Assembly: GCF_000092105.1 (NCBI RefSeq)
Contig: NC_014148.1
Coordinates: 930,001 to 962,000, forward strand
DNA: 32,000 nucleotides
Origin: Planctopirus limnophila DSM 3776
GTDB lineage: Bacteria; Planctomycetota; Planctomycetia; Planctomycetales; Planctomycetaceae
Reading direction: 5' to 3'
Shown here piece after piece: positions 1 through 8,077 of this stretch. Every line of letters starts with the position of its first letter. Within the stretch, counting starts at the first letter, position 1. The translations under genes and the position numbers were made by a program. Under the pieces are notes generated by a model. It had not been told where the DNA came from. It made no database searches and was given only the letters and a program-made list of their open reading frames with translations.

Positions 1-355
1 CGAAATCGTCACAAAACAAGTGGTCATTGATCGCCCCGGAGTGTGGTGTCAAAGCAGAGTGCGGTGGCGTAAAACCTGGATGAGCCAGAACTGCAGGTGC
101 CGGTTCCGTTGAAACGATTGGTCGAGGAGTTTTCTGATTGACCATACGGGAATAAGTGACTTCCCAACCGAGTTCTTCCAGGGCTTTGGCCCCAGCCGAT
201 TGATCGCCGGCATATGCGGGGTCGTTCGCAGAAACAAAGAGAGCCGACATTCCGAGGCGTATCCCGGTGCGACTCATGACATTCAGCACCCAGGCCTTGC
301 ATGTCGGCGGCAATGCAGCAGGCAAACGATTTGCAAATGGCCAGAACCTGGGCAT
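1..355 (-). CDS. Hypothetical protein, 5' part only (gene continues past the left window edge)
   Basis: Absent from the supplied track because it has no stop inside the window. The minus-strand frame is open from ATG 355-353 (alternative ATG 277-275) down to position 2. It reads MPRFWPFANRLPAALPPTCKAWVLNVMSRTGIRLGMSALFVSANDPAYAGDQSAGAKALEELGWEVTYSRMVNQKTPRPIVSTEPAPAVLAHPGF... This composition is much more protein-like than the overlapping Cys/Arg-rich 24..602 ORF. No family recognised. Confidence 0.45.
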   Translation of the reverse strand, partial: MPRFWPFANRLPAALPPTCKAWVLNVMSRTGIRLGMSALFVSANDPAYAGDQSAGAKALEELGWEVTYSRMVNQKTPRPIVSTEPAPAVLAHPGFTPPHSALTPHSGAINDHLFCDDF

Positions 356-646
356 GTTGCCTCCAGCGGCCCCATCGTTTCAGCCGGGCCTTGCACGTCT
401 GCCTCAATCGATCTCGACAGATTTTCTCACTGGTTGTTGTCGAACATCGCCAAAGGGTCAAGGGGAGATTTCCACCTGCTGGAAACTCGTCAGGATCTTT
501 GAAATCCTCGTGCGTTGGTGAGCAGACTGATGTTGGCAAGGGGGCAGAGGTTGCGTCAGAATACGTTCGCATCCACACGGGGAAAAAGGCGGCAATACTC
601 AAAGAGCTTCAACTGATCAGTACATCCAGAGGACAGGGCTTTCGGC

Positions 647-1420
647 ATGGACACCTCCCACACAGAAGTTTTTCCCCTCAAGTCGCTCTCCAGGAAGCAG
701 CGTCGAGTTCTCGGCACGCTGATTGAGAAGGGAATTACGACGCCGGAACAGTATCCGCTGACTCTCAAGGCCACAGTCACTGGTTGCAATCAGAAGAATA
801 ATCGAGAGCCGATTTCCAACTACGAGGAAGACGCTGTCTATCAGGTGCTTGATGAACTTCGCGAGATGGGGCTGGTGGCGTTTATTCAGACCGAGACGGG
901 TCGCACCGAGCGTTATCGGCACTATTGCCGCCAGAAGCTTTCCATCAGCGAGCCACAACTGGCCATACTCACGGAACTCCTGTTACGCGGTCGTCAGCAA
1001 CTGGGAGAGTTGAGAACTCGCGCCAGCCGGATGTGTGCGATTGATTCTCAAGACGAGTTGAAGACACAACTGAAAGGTTTGTTAGATCGCCAGTGGATTC
1101 GTGCCAATGGCCCGCTCGACCGACGTGGCGTGGAGGTCGATCATAATCTTTACGCACCGGGTGAAAATCACGAACCGCTCGCACAACTCGCCGATGAACA
1201 GCCGACGACCTCGATCACTCACAAGTTTGAACCAGCCTCTCCGAGTGAAAGCGACCGCAATGGTACCCAGCAAGTGGTTGCTGCACATGCTCCGGGTTCG
1301 GTACTCAGTCGTCTCGAAGAGTCTCACGAAGAGATGAAAAGCCGCCTGAGTGCGCTGGAAGCACAGGTGTCGGCACTGAAGGACGCTCTTGACGATCTGC
1401 GGCGCCAATTGGGGGCCTGA
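647..1420 (+). CDS. DUF480 / YceH-like (UPF0502) protein with C-terminal coiled-coil
   Basis: [42 protein letters not shown] and [25 protein letters not shown] match my memory of E. coli YceH ([50 protein letters not shown]). The C-terminus [22 protein letters not shown] is heptad-like. Confidence 0.85.
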   Translation: [257 protein letters not shown]

Positions 1421-1489
1421 GGCCAATTTTGGCGGCTTTTCGATAGCCTGCCGCGAACTTGCAGTTCCGTGAATTGCGAATCAAGTGAT

Positions 1490-1518
1490 TTGGCAGGGCA
1501 AGAAAATTCAATTAGACT
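1490..1518 (+). promoter_or_regulatory. Candidate sigma-70-type promoter for tRNA-Leu (TTGGCA-N17-TAGACT)
   Basis: TTGGCA at 1490-1495, a 17-nt spacer, and TAGACT at 1513-1518. The -10 ends about 15 nt upstream of the mature tRNA 5' end at 1534. Confidence 0.35.
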
Positions 1519-1533
1519 ACTTCAGCCAGACTC

Positions 1534-1615
1534 GCGGGAGTGGCGGAATTGGCAGACGCGCCAGACTTAGGATCTGGTGCCGCAAGGCGTGTGGGTTCGA
1601 GTCCCTCCTCCCGCA
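1534..1615 (+). tRNA. tRNA-Leu, anticodon UAG (class II, long variable arm); CCA not encoded
   Basis: Acceptor stem GCGGGAG/CTCCCGC is perfect. Anticodon stem is CCAGA/TCTGG with loop CTTAGGA (anticodon TAG). Long variable arm TGCCGCAAGGCGT, T-loop TTCGAGT, discriminator A. There is one U-U mismatch in the T stem. Confidence 0.9.
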
Positions 1616-1671
1616 ATGATTGGTCTTACCAGCCGGATTCAGTCTCGCCGCAATTTTCCTGCCCACTCTCA

Positions 1672-1722
1672 AAAATTGTTATTGACGGCAAAAATCGTTA
1701 TTGACGGCAAGAATCGTTACTA
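1672..1722. repeat. Tandem direct repeat, 19-bp unit x about 2.7 (AAAAT[T/C]GTTATTGACGGCA)
   Basis: Copies are 1672-1690 AAAATTGTTATTGACGGCA, 1691-1709 AAAATCGTTATTGACGGCA (1 mismatch) and a partial 1710-1722 AGAATCGTTACTA. The repeat lies between tRNA-Leu and the phosphodiesterase gene. Confidence 0.8.
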
Positions 1723-1788
1723 ATGGTGAATCTGCAGGAAGGCCTGCTTCCCGGTCTTTCCCAAACTTTCAGGGTGAAGCTCAAGACG

Positions 1789-3279
1789 ATGCAGAGACTC
1801 AATCACAGATCTTTTGGCTCGTGTGAGATTGGCTTCCCTTTAAGAGGCGTCTTCTGGAGTCTGCTGGCACTCTTTCTGGCTTCTCAGTTACTGCCCGGAC
1901 TAATGACTTCTGTGCTGGCTGATGGCCCTGTCGTTCAAGCGAAAACAGCACCTGCACCGGCTAAAGGTCAACCTTCGGTCGTCCTGATCACACTCGATGG
2001 GTTACCCGCCACATTTTTGCGAGACCCTGCCGTTTCGCTGCCGAATCTGAGAAGACTGGCTCAGCAAGGAGTGGCTGCCGAAGGCATGGTCGTGGCGAAT
2101 CCTTCGGTTACCTGGCCCAATCATACAACCTTGATTACCGGCGTTTACCCCGCAACTCACGGCGTCCTCTTCAATGGTGTCCTGCAACGACCGGGCCTGG
2201 GTTTGCCACCCAAGACGGAAGCAAAAAAGGATGGCCGCGAACTTGTTGCTGTGCCGACATTGTTCGATTTTGCCAAGCAAGCCGGGCTGGCGACTGCAGG
2301 GATTAACTGGCCTTGCACTCGAAACATCGAGTCGGTGGACGACAACATGCCCGATGTTCCTGAATTCTTCGAATCATCGACTCCAGGGCTGATCAACGAC
2401 CTCAAGCAGAATCAGATACTCACGGAAGAACTCATCAAGAATTTTTATAAATACAGCGGAACAATCCGCGATGACATGTGGACGGCTGCCGCGACCTACA
2501 TAATTCGCCACCGTATGCCACAGTTCATGACAATCCATCTTCTGAATGTGGATGGTGTCCATCACAAATATGGGCCGCGAACTCCCGGTGGCGATGCCGC
2601 AGTGGCGTACATCGATACCTGCCTGGGCCGGATTCTGGACGCGATCGAATCTTCGGGAAATGCCGGGAATACGACGATCATTGTCACCGCTGACCATGGA
2701 TTTATCTCGATTCCCCAATCGATTCGTCCGAACGTCAAATTGAAACAGGCAGGTCTGTTGACGACATCAGGAAACCGGGTGGATTCTGCCCGGGCCTACG
2801 CCATCCCTGAAGGGGGGATTGCCATGGTCTTCCTGACTGTTCCCGAATCAAAAGCTTCCGACAGGCAGAAAGTGGTCGAGCTGTTCAAAGACTCCGAAGG
2901 CATCTCGTCGATTCTGCAACCTGCGGAATTCGCTACCTATGGTCTGCCAGATCCTGCGGATCATCCCGGCATGGCCGATTTGATTCTCGTTGCCAAAGAT
3001 GGATATGGCTTCAGTGCTGTCGCCACAGGTGATGAAACGATTGTCGAAAGCGACACCACACTGGGAACGCACGGTTTTCTTTCGACCAATCCGAAAATGA
3101 ACGCCATCCTCGTTATGGCTGGTCGCGGTATTCGGACCGGTGCCAGTTTTGGCACAGAAAACAGCCCGGGGATTGTTCGAAATGTTGATGTGGCTCCCAC
3201 CATTGCCCATCTGTTGAAACTCAAACTCCCGCAAACCGATGGACGTATCTTGACGGAAGTCCTCTCTCCTCAGGAATGA
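1789..3279 (+). CDS. Secreted nucleotide pyrophosphatase/phosphodiesterase (alkaline-phosphatase superfamily, type I phosphodiesterase/NPP)
   Basis: VVLITLDGLPATFL, SVTWPNHTTLITGVYPATHG, LNVDGVHHKYGP, IIVTADHGF and GTHGF are metal-ligand/nucleophile motifs of the NPP family. The ORF opens at ATG 1723, but ATG 1789 (MQRLNH...) places the hydrophobic signal segment FWSLLALFLASQLL at a normal distance from the start. Confidence 0.85.
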   Translation: MQRLNHRSFGSCEIGFPLRGVFWSLLALFLASQLLPGLMTSVLADGPVVQAKTAPAPAKGQPSVVLITLDGLPATFLRDPAVSLPNLRRLAQQGVAAEGMVVANPSVTWPNHTTLITGVYPATHGVLFNGVLQRPGLGLPPKTEAKKDGRELVAVPTLFDFAKQAGLATAGINWPCTRNIESVDDNMPDVPEFFESSTPGLINDLKQNQILTEELIKNFYKYSGTIRDDMWTAAATYIIRHRMPQFMTIHLLNVDGVHHKYGPRTPGGDAAVAYIDTCLGRILDAIESSGNAGNTTIIVTADHGFISIPQSIRPNVKLKQAGLLTTSGNRVDSARAYAIPEGGIAMVFLTVPESKASDRQKVVELFKDSEGISSILQPAEFATYGLPDPADHPGMADLILVAKDGYGFSAVATGDETIVESDTTLGTHGFLSTNPKMNAILVMAGRGIRTGASFGTENSPGIVRNVDVAPTIAHLLKLKLPQTDGRILTEVLSPQE

Positions 3280-3498
3280 CTCCCGCCGGATGAAATCAGT
3301 CACTGTTTGAGTTCGTCCTGGCTAAAATGATGATATACGAATCTATGAATTGAGCAGCGTCAAATGTGCCATGCTTGCAGCTCCGGGCAAGCATGTCTTC
3401 ATGCCTCTCGATACACCAATGATTTTCGGAACGTATATTATGTGAGCATCACTCCTGACAGCTCTTCAGCATCAGGCTTGACTTGTCGATTGACCGGC

Positions 3499-4473
3499 AT
3501 GAGGGAAAGGCGACTTTTGGCTGCAAACAACTTGCCACAATTGCCCACAGAACTGATCTCTTTCACGCCAGAATGCCGTCGCGGTTTTGTAGCGATTGGA
3601 AACTTCGATGGTGTTCATCGCGGTCATCAGGCCATGATGGCATTGCTTGCTCAGCGTGCGCGAGAGCTGGGGGGCAGGGCTTTAGCGATGACATTTGATC
3701 CCCATCCGTGGGAACTTCTCAGACCGAGTGGTGCGCCTCCCAGCTTGATGACGCTAGAGCATCGTGTCGAATTGCTCAAGCGCTACGGCGCTGATGAAGT
3801 GCTGGTCTGCCGAACAACCCACGAACTCCTCAAACTTTCAGCTAGCGACTTTTTTCAGCAAATCATTATCGAAACTTTGGATGCCCGTGGATTGATCGAA
3901 GGGCCGAACTTCTTTTTCGGCAGAGAACGCGAAGGGAATATCACGCTCCTGAAGCAATTGTGCGAGAAAGCCGGGCTTTCGCTGGATATTGTCCCGCCGA
4001 TTCTTGTGGCGGATCAACTGGTCAGTTCCAGTGTAATTCGCTCACTGCTCGGTGCAGGCCAGATGAAAGAAGCTGTCGATCTGCTCGGGCATCCGTATCA
4101 GATCAGTGGTGTCGTGGGTACAGGGATGCAGCGCGGCCGGACAATTGGCTTCCCGACAGCGAATCTCACTCAATGCCCCAATCTCATTCCTGCTCATGGT
4201 GTTTACTCGGGTCGGGTTCGCCTGGATCGAAGCTATCCGGCAGCAATTCACATTGGGCCCAACCCCACGTTTGGCGAGCAGGAATCGAAGATTGAAGTCC
4301 ATATTCTCGACTTTGCCGGCGATTTATATGGTCAGATGCTTTCTGTCGATCTGCAGGCCCGTATTCGCGGGGTGACGAAGTTCGCTGATAAAGAGGCGTT
4401 GCTGGCACAACTTCATCGCGATTGCCAGGAGGCACGCGCTCATTTTGCGAGTCCATCCATTCACGCTGGCTAA
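3499..4473 (+). CDS. ribF: Bifunctional riboflavin kinase / FMN adenylyltransferase
   Basis: FVAIGNFDGVHRGHQAMM, TFDPHP, GPNFFFGREREGN, GTGMQRGRTIGFPTANL and EVHILDFAGDLYGQ. The ORF is open from 3364, but that extension is Cys/Ser-rich and not protein-like. ATG 3499 gives a normal-length RibF. Confidence 0.9.
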   Translation: MRERRLLAANNLPQLPTELISFTPECRRGFVAIGNFDGVHRGHQAMMALLAQRARELGGRALAMTFDPHPWELLRPSGAPPSLMTLEHRVELLKRYGADEVLVCRTTHELLKLSASDFFQQIIIETLDARGLIEGPNFFFGREREGNITLLKQLCEKAGLSLDIVPPILVADQLVSSSVIRSLLGAGQMKEAVDLLGHPYQISGVVGTGMQRGRTIGFPTANLTQCPNLIPAHGVYSGRVRLDRSYPAAIHIGPNPTFGEQESKIEVHILDFAGDLYGQMLSVDLQARIRGVTKFADKEALLAQLHRDCQEARAHFASPSIHAG

Positions 4474-4603
4474 GCTTGATTGCCGGCGGTGCAGCAGAGG
4501 GTTCTGGCGGATAACCCTCCAGAGTGAGCGATCAACGATCAGTCGTGTGATGGCTCACTCAAATTCGACTGCTTCTGGCTCATTCCTGCTGAAAATGGCA
4601 CTC

Positions 4604-4620
4604 TGGCATGTTCGTTGCAT
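4604..4620 (+). promoter_or_regulatory. Candidate sigma-54 (-24/-12) promoter TGGCAT-GTTCG-TTGCAT
   Basis: Matches the TGGCAC-N5-TTGCW consensus at every conserved position except C->T at the last base of the -24 element. GG-to-GC spacing is exact. It is oriented toward the lipid kinase / sigma-54 activator / Hpt genes, about 120 nt upstream of ATG 4740. Confidence 0.5.
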
Positions 4621-4624
4621 ATTT

Positions 4625-4642
4625 TGTCCTATTGATAGGACA
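4625..4642. promoter_or_regulatory. Perfect 8-bp-arm palindrome TGTCCTAT-TG-ATAGGACA at the predicted sigma-54 transcription start
   Basis: The arms are exact reverse complements. The element begins 5 nt after the -12 element, so it would overlap +1. It could be an operator or a 5' mRNA hairpin. Confidence 0.3.
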
Positions 4643-4739
4643 GAACGCCCAGAGCCTGCTTTTGACTGAACTGCACCTTGCAGTCGAACTTCACAAACTG
4701 ACAGCACGATAAGTTTGGAATTTTAGCCAAACAAAAGAT

Positions 4740-5750
4740 ATGGTCATGCCCATCCCGACTCGCAAAGCAGTGCTATGGAATGCACACGCCGGATCCATCA
4801 CTCACGCCAGAGAGTTGGAACAGCAGCTTCGAGAGAATTCTGAGATTGGACTCTATTCCACTGCGAGCGGGCGAACGCTGGATCAATTGATCGAGCAGGC
4901 GTTTGCTGATGGTTTTCAGTGCTTCATTGCTGCTGGAGGCGACGGAACTGCCAGTACGGTTGCTGGTCGGGTTTATGCCCATCAACAGTCTTTTCCCGAT
5001 CCCGAATTTTCCTTGGGAATACTCCCATTGGGGAGTGGAAATGATTTTGCCCGTACATTGAATTCGCCACTCGAACCGCTCGCTGCCTGGGAAGCCATTG
5101 AGCAAGGTTCCCTCATCGATTGCGACCTGTTGCAACTTGAGGCCGATGGTCAATCGCGGGTGGCTCTGAATATGTTCACAGCCGGCAATACCGGAAAGTA
5201 CCTCGAAAATCTGACTGAGGAGATCAAAGCGCGCTGGGGCCCGCTGTGTTACCTTAGAGGAGTCGTGGATGTCGTGGCCAACCTGCAGGTTTACGAGGGC
5301 CAGATTGAAATTGATGGCCAGAAAATTGAGGGAGAATCGTGGCTCAATCTCTTCGTGGCCAATGGCAGATACTCTGGCGGTGGCCAGGAAGTCGCTGCGA
5401 ATGCAACTCCTTTGGATGGCACATTAAATCTTCTGGCGATTGCCGATGGCCCACCCACAGAACTCGTTTCGCTCCCCGCCAGTTACTTCCGTGGAGAAGT
5501 TCCTGAACATCCGCTGATTCACACAAGCCGTGGAAAATCCGTTACGATCAACTCTCAGGAACCCTGGCCATGCACTACTGATGGCGAAAGTTTCAAAGCC
5601 AGCTTGATCCACATTCGAGTCATTGAACGAGCTTTGAAAATTATCCAGCCGCAGCCACAGTCCCTCCCATCTGGGGCTTCATCATCTGCGATAACATCAG
5701 GAGCAGAAATGTCACAACACACGGGGAAGACGATCTCCTCGCATCCGTAG
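4740..5750 (+). CDS. Diacylglycerol-kinase-family lipid kinase (YegS/BmrU-like)
   Basis: FIAAGGDGTASTVAG and GILPLGSGNDFARTL are the DAGK catalytic-domain signatures. Length (336 aa) is typical. Confidence 0.85.
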   Translation: MVMPIPTRKAVLWNAHAGSITHARELEQQLRENSEIGLYSTASGRTLDQLIEQAFADGFQCFIAAGGDGTASTVAGRVYAHQQSFPDPEFSLGILPLGSGNDFARTLNSPLEPLAAWEAIEQGSLIDCDLLQLEADGQSRVALNMFTAGNTGKYLENLTEEIKARWGPLCYLRGVVDVVANLQVYEGQIEIDGQKIEGESWLNLFVANGRYSGGGQEVAANATPLDGTLNLLAIADGPPTELVSLPASYFRGEVPEHPLIHTSRGKSVTINSQEPWPCTTDGESFKASLIHIRVIERALKIIQPQPQSLPSGASSSAITSGAEMSQHTGKTISSHP

Positions 5751-5869
5751 TCAGGCGCATAGTCCTGATAAAATGAATCAGAGGCCCTGCTGAACGATGA
5801 ATGTTGTCGGGCATCATTGATGGTTCCAAATTAAACATGATTTTACAGGATGCCTCAAAAACCCCGACC

Positions 5870-7510
5870 ATGGAAAGTTTGAAAACAGTGACACCAACTG
5901 TGCTGGTGATTGATGATGACCGTACGATTCTGTTGCAGATTTCTCGCGCGCTGGAACCGTTAAACGTTCAAGTCGAGGGGGTCACGACGGCACAGGCTGG
6001 CCTCGAAGCCATTCGCACATTGAAACCCTCTGTCGTGCTTTTGGATCTGGTGCTCCCGCAAATTTCGGGAATGGAACTTTTCCAACGCATCAAAGATCTC
6101 GACCGGCGGTTACCGGTCATCTTCATCACGGCCGATGCCGCCAGCGAATCGGCGATTGGTGCCATCAGCATGGGGGCCTACGACTATGTGGCCAAACCTT
6201 TGCATCTGGCCCAGTTACAGCAACTTGTTTCCAAAGCGTTGGAAACGCGGAGGCTGATGAGTGTCCCGGTAGCGGTCTCGGTGACTGATGATGATAAAGC
6301 CGGCGACCAGGGCGATTTTTTTGTCGGTCGCAGCCCGCGGATGCTCGAAGTCTTCAAAGAGATTGGCCGTGTCGCTCAACAGAATGTCACAGTCCTTGTG
6401 CGCGGAGAAAGTGGTACCGGAAAAGAACTCGTCGCCCGGGCGATCTATCAGTTCGGCAGCCGCTCGACGCGTCCGTTTATGGCAGTCAACTGCGCTGCCT
6501 TGCCAGATACATTGCTGGAATCTGAACTGTTCGGGCACGAGAAAGGGGCCTTCACCAGTGCGGATCGCCGCCGCATTGGCAAGTTCGAACAGTGTAATGG
6601 CGGTACGTTGTTCCTCGACGAAGTGGGCGATATGTCCCCCTTAACGCAGGGCAAAGTACTCCGCTTGCTGCAAGAGCAGCGGTTTGAACGAGTGGGCAGC
6701 AACGACACCATTGAAACGAATGTCCGTCTGGTCGCCGCCACCAATCGTCCCCTCGAGCAGATGGTACAGGATGGCCGCTTTCGTGCGGATCTGTTCTACC
6801 GCCTGAATGTCGTTACGATCTCTTTGCCGCCACTCAGGGAGCGTGTCGAGGATATTCCACTGCTCCTCAAATACTCCTTTTCGCGTGCCAGGCGTGAGTT
6901 GGATAAGCCAGATGTCGAAGGACTCTCACCTGATGCGCTGGCATTGCTGATGGCCTACCCTTGGCCGGGAAACATCCGAGAACTGCAAAGTGTTGTGCGG
7001 CAATGTCTTCTCAAATGTACGGGGCCCGTGATCGTTCCGGATTTTCTGCCAGTAGCGATTCTCGATTACAAAGCTGCTCCCCATGGTGAAGCTACGAACC
7101 GAGTTTTCTTTCCAGAGAACACCCCTGCATCGATCAACAATGATCCTTCTTCCACTGCCGGAGTGCGACCTCTTTCGCAACTTCCGGAGGACTCGTCTAT
7201 CGCGGGTGTTGCTCCAATACCTCATGGGATTCCGCAGACGCATACCCAGGCTTCTGGAATGAGCGAACTGCCAAGCTCGGACATCGGCCAGTTGATTGAA
7301 GCCAGGCTCCAGGCCGGTTCGACCAATCTTTATGCCGAAGCTCTGGAAATGATGGAGAAGTATCTCCTCACCCGCGTCCTGCAGGCCAGCCAGGCCAATC
7401 AATCCAAAGCGGCCGAAATCCTGGGGATCACACGCGGTAAAGTGCGTGATCGGATTGCCGCCTTCGGGATCAATCTCGACAAGAATGTCTCCATCGATCC
7501 TCCACGTTGA
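5870..7510 (+). CDS. Sigma-54-dependent response regulator (NtrC family: receiver + AAA+ + Fis-type HTH)
   Basis: Receiver: VLVIDDD...VVLLDLVLP...FITA...YVAKP. AAA+: Walker A GESGTGKE, Walker B LFLDEVGDM, ESELFGHEKGAFTSA, RADLFYRLN, WPGNIRELQ. C-terminal HTH: NQSKAAEILGITRGKVRDRI. The ORF is open from ATG 5801; ATG 5870 (MESLKTV...) fits the receiver N-terminus. Confidence 0.9.
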   Translation: MESLKTVTPTVLVIDDDRTILLQISRALEPLNVQVEGVTTAQAGLEAIRTLKPSVVLLDLVLPQISGMELFQRIKDLDRRLPVIFITADAASESAIGAISMGAYDYVAKPLHLAQLQQLVSKALETRRLMSVPVAVSVTDDDKAGDQGDFFVGRSPRMLEVFKEIGRVAQQNVTVLVRGESGTGKELVARAIYQFGSRSTRPFMAVNCAALPDTLLESELFGHEKGAFTSADRRRIGKFEQCNGGTLFLDEVGDMSPLTQGKVLRLLQEQRFERVGSNDTIETNVRLVAATNRPLEQMVQDGRFRADLFYRLNVVTISLPPLRERVEDIPLLLKYSFSRARRELDKPDVEGLSPDALALLMAYPWPGNIRELQSVVRQCLLKCTGPVIVPDFLPVAILDYKAAPHGEATNRVFFPENTPASINNDPSSTAGVRPLSQLPEDSSIAGVAPIPHGIPQTHTQASGMSELPSSDIGQLIEARLQAGSTNLYAEALEMMEKYLLTRVLQASQANQSKAAEILGITRGKVRDRIAAFGINLDKNVSIDPPR

Positions 7511-7554
7511 GTTCCCGCCGTTGATTCATGCGGAAGATGATTTAAGGATATCCC

Positions 7555-7926
7555 GTGACTGATTATCGCCACGAAATTGACTTCAAATCGATGATGGAAC
7601 GCCTCGGAGGTCTCTGGGATCTGGCAGAAGAACTCGCCTCAATGACCATGACAGATGCCTCGATTGTTCTCGGGCAACTGAAGACCTCGCTCACGCAGGA
7701 AGATCTCGAATCAGCCCACCGGCATGCCCACAGCCTGAAGGGCCTGGTGGCGACCGTCGGCTGCACTCGCTGTGAAGCGACTGCCTCCAGGATCGAGAAA
7801 CTGATTGCTGCAGGAGATTTTGAAACCTCCCGTTCCCTTCTCCCGGAACTCACACTTCAGCTCGATCAATCTCTGCAGGGATTGCGGCAGATCATCGATG
7901 ATGGTCAATCTTCACTACAACCATAA
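7555..7926 (+). CDS. Stand-alone histidine phosphotransfer (Hpt) domain protein
   Basis: HRHAHSLKGLVATVG matches the Hpt H-x-L-K-G-x5-G phospho-His motif. 123 aa, helical-looking, GTG start, 44 nt downstream of the response regulator. Confidence 0.75.
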   Translation: MTDYRHEIDFKSMMERLGGLWDLAEELASMTMTDASIVLGQLKTSLTQEDLESAHRHAHSLKGLVATVGCTRCEATASRIEKLIAAGDFETSRSLLPELTLQLDQSLQGLRQIIDDGQSSLQP

Positions 7927-8077
7927 TTGAGTGGTCTATGCCAGTTCGATGGCATTGCATAGCACTGGTACATCCAGCTTGCATTAGCGACTCTCACTGT
8001 GCAATGATCAGTTGTCTCCTCATGAAGTGATTTGTTGCTGAGACCATTGAACGTTCCTCGCATGGCGAAAGAGTCTT

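Noticed and set aside
24-602. 192-aa minus-strand ORF, the longest listed ORF at the left edge
   Set aside because: The translation is Cys/Arg/Trp/Ser-rich (…CKSFACCIAADMQGLGAECHESHRDTPRNVGSLCFCERPRICRRS…). It overlaps a better, edge-truncated frame on the same strand.
1534-3279. tRNA-Leu 3' flank considered as a genomic-island integration site
   Set aside because: There is no integrase. I saw no second copy of the tRNA 3' end, and the adjacent phosphodiesterase gene has ordinary composition.
3364-3498. N-terminal 45-codon extension of the ribF ORF and the 9-bp-stem hairpin CATGCTTGC-N8-GCAAGCATG (3370-3395), considered as an FMN riboswitch or leader
   Set aside because: The extension is Cys/Ser-rich and unlike RibF N-termini. 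I could not find the conserved FMN-riboswitch core. A single hairpin is not enough to call a regulatory RNA.
6926-7402. 158-aa ORF antisense to the NtrC-family gene, plus other internal ORFs at 5968..6744
   Set aside because: They are embedded in a gene whose AAA+ and HTH motifs are unambiguous. Their translations are Arg-rich.
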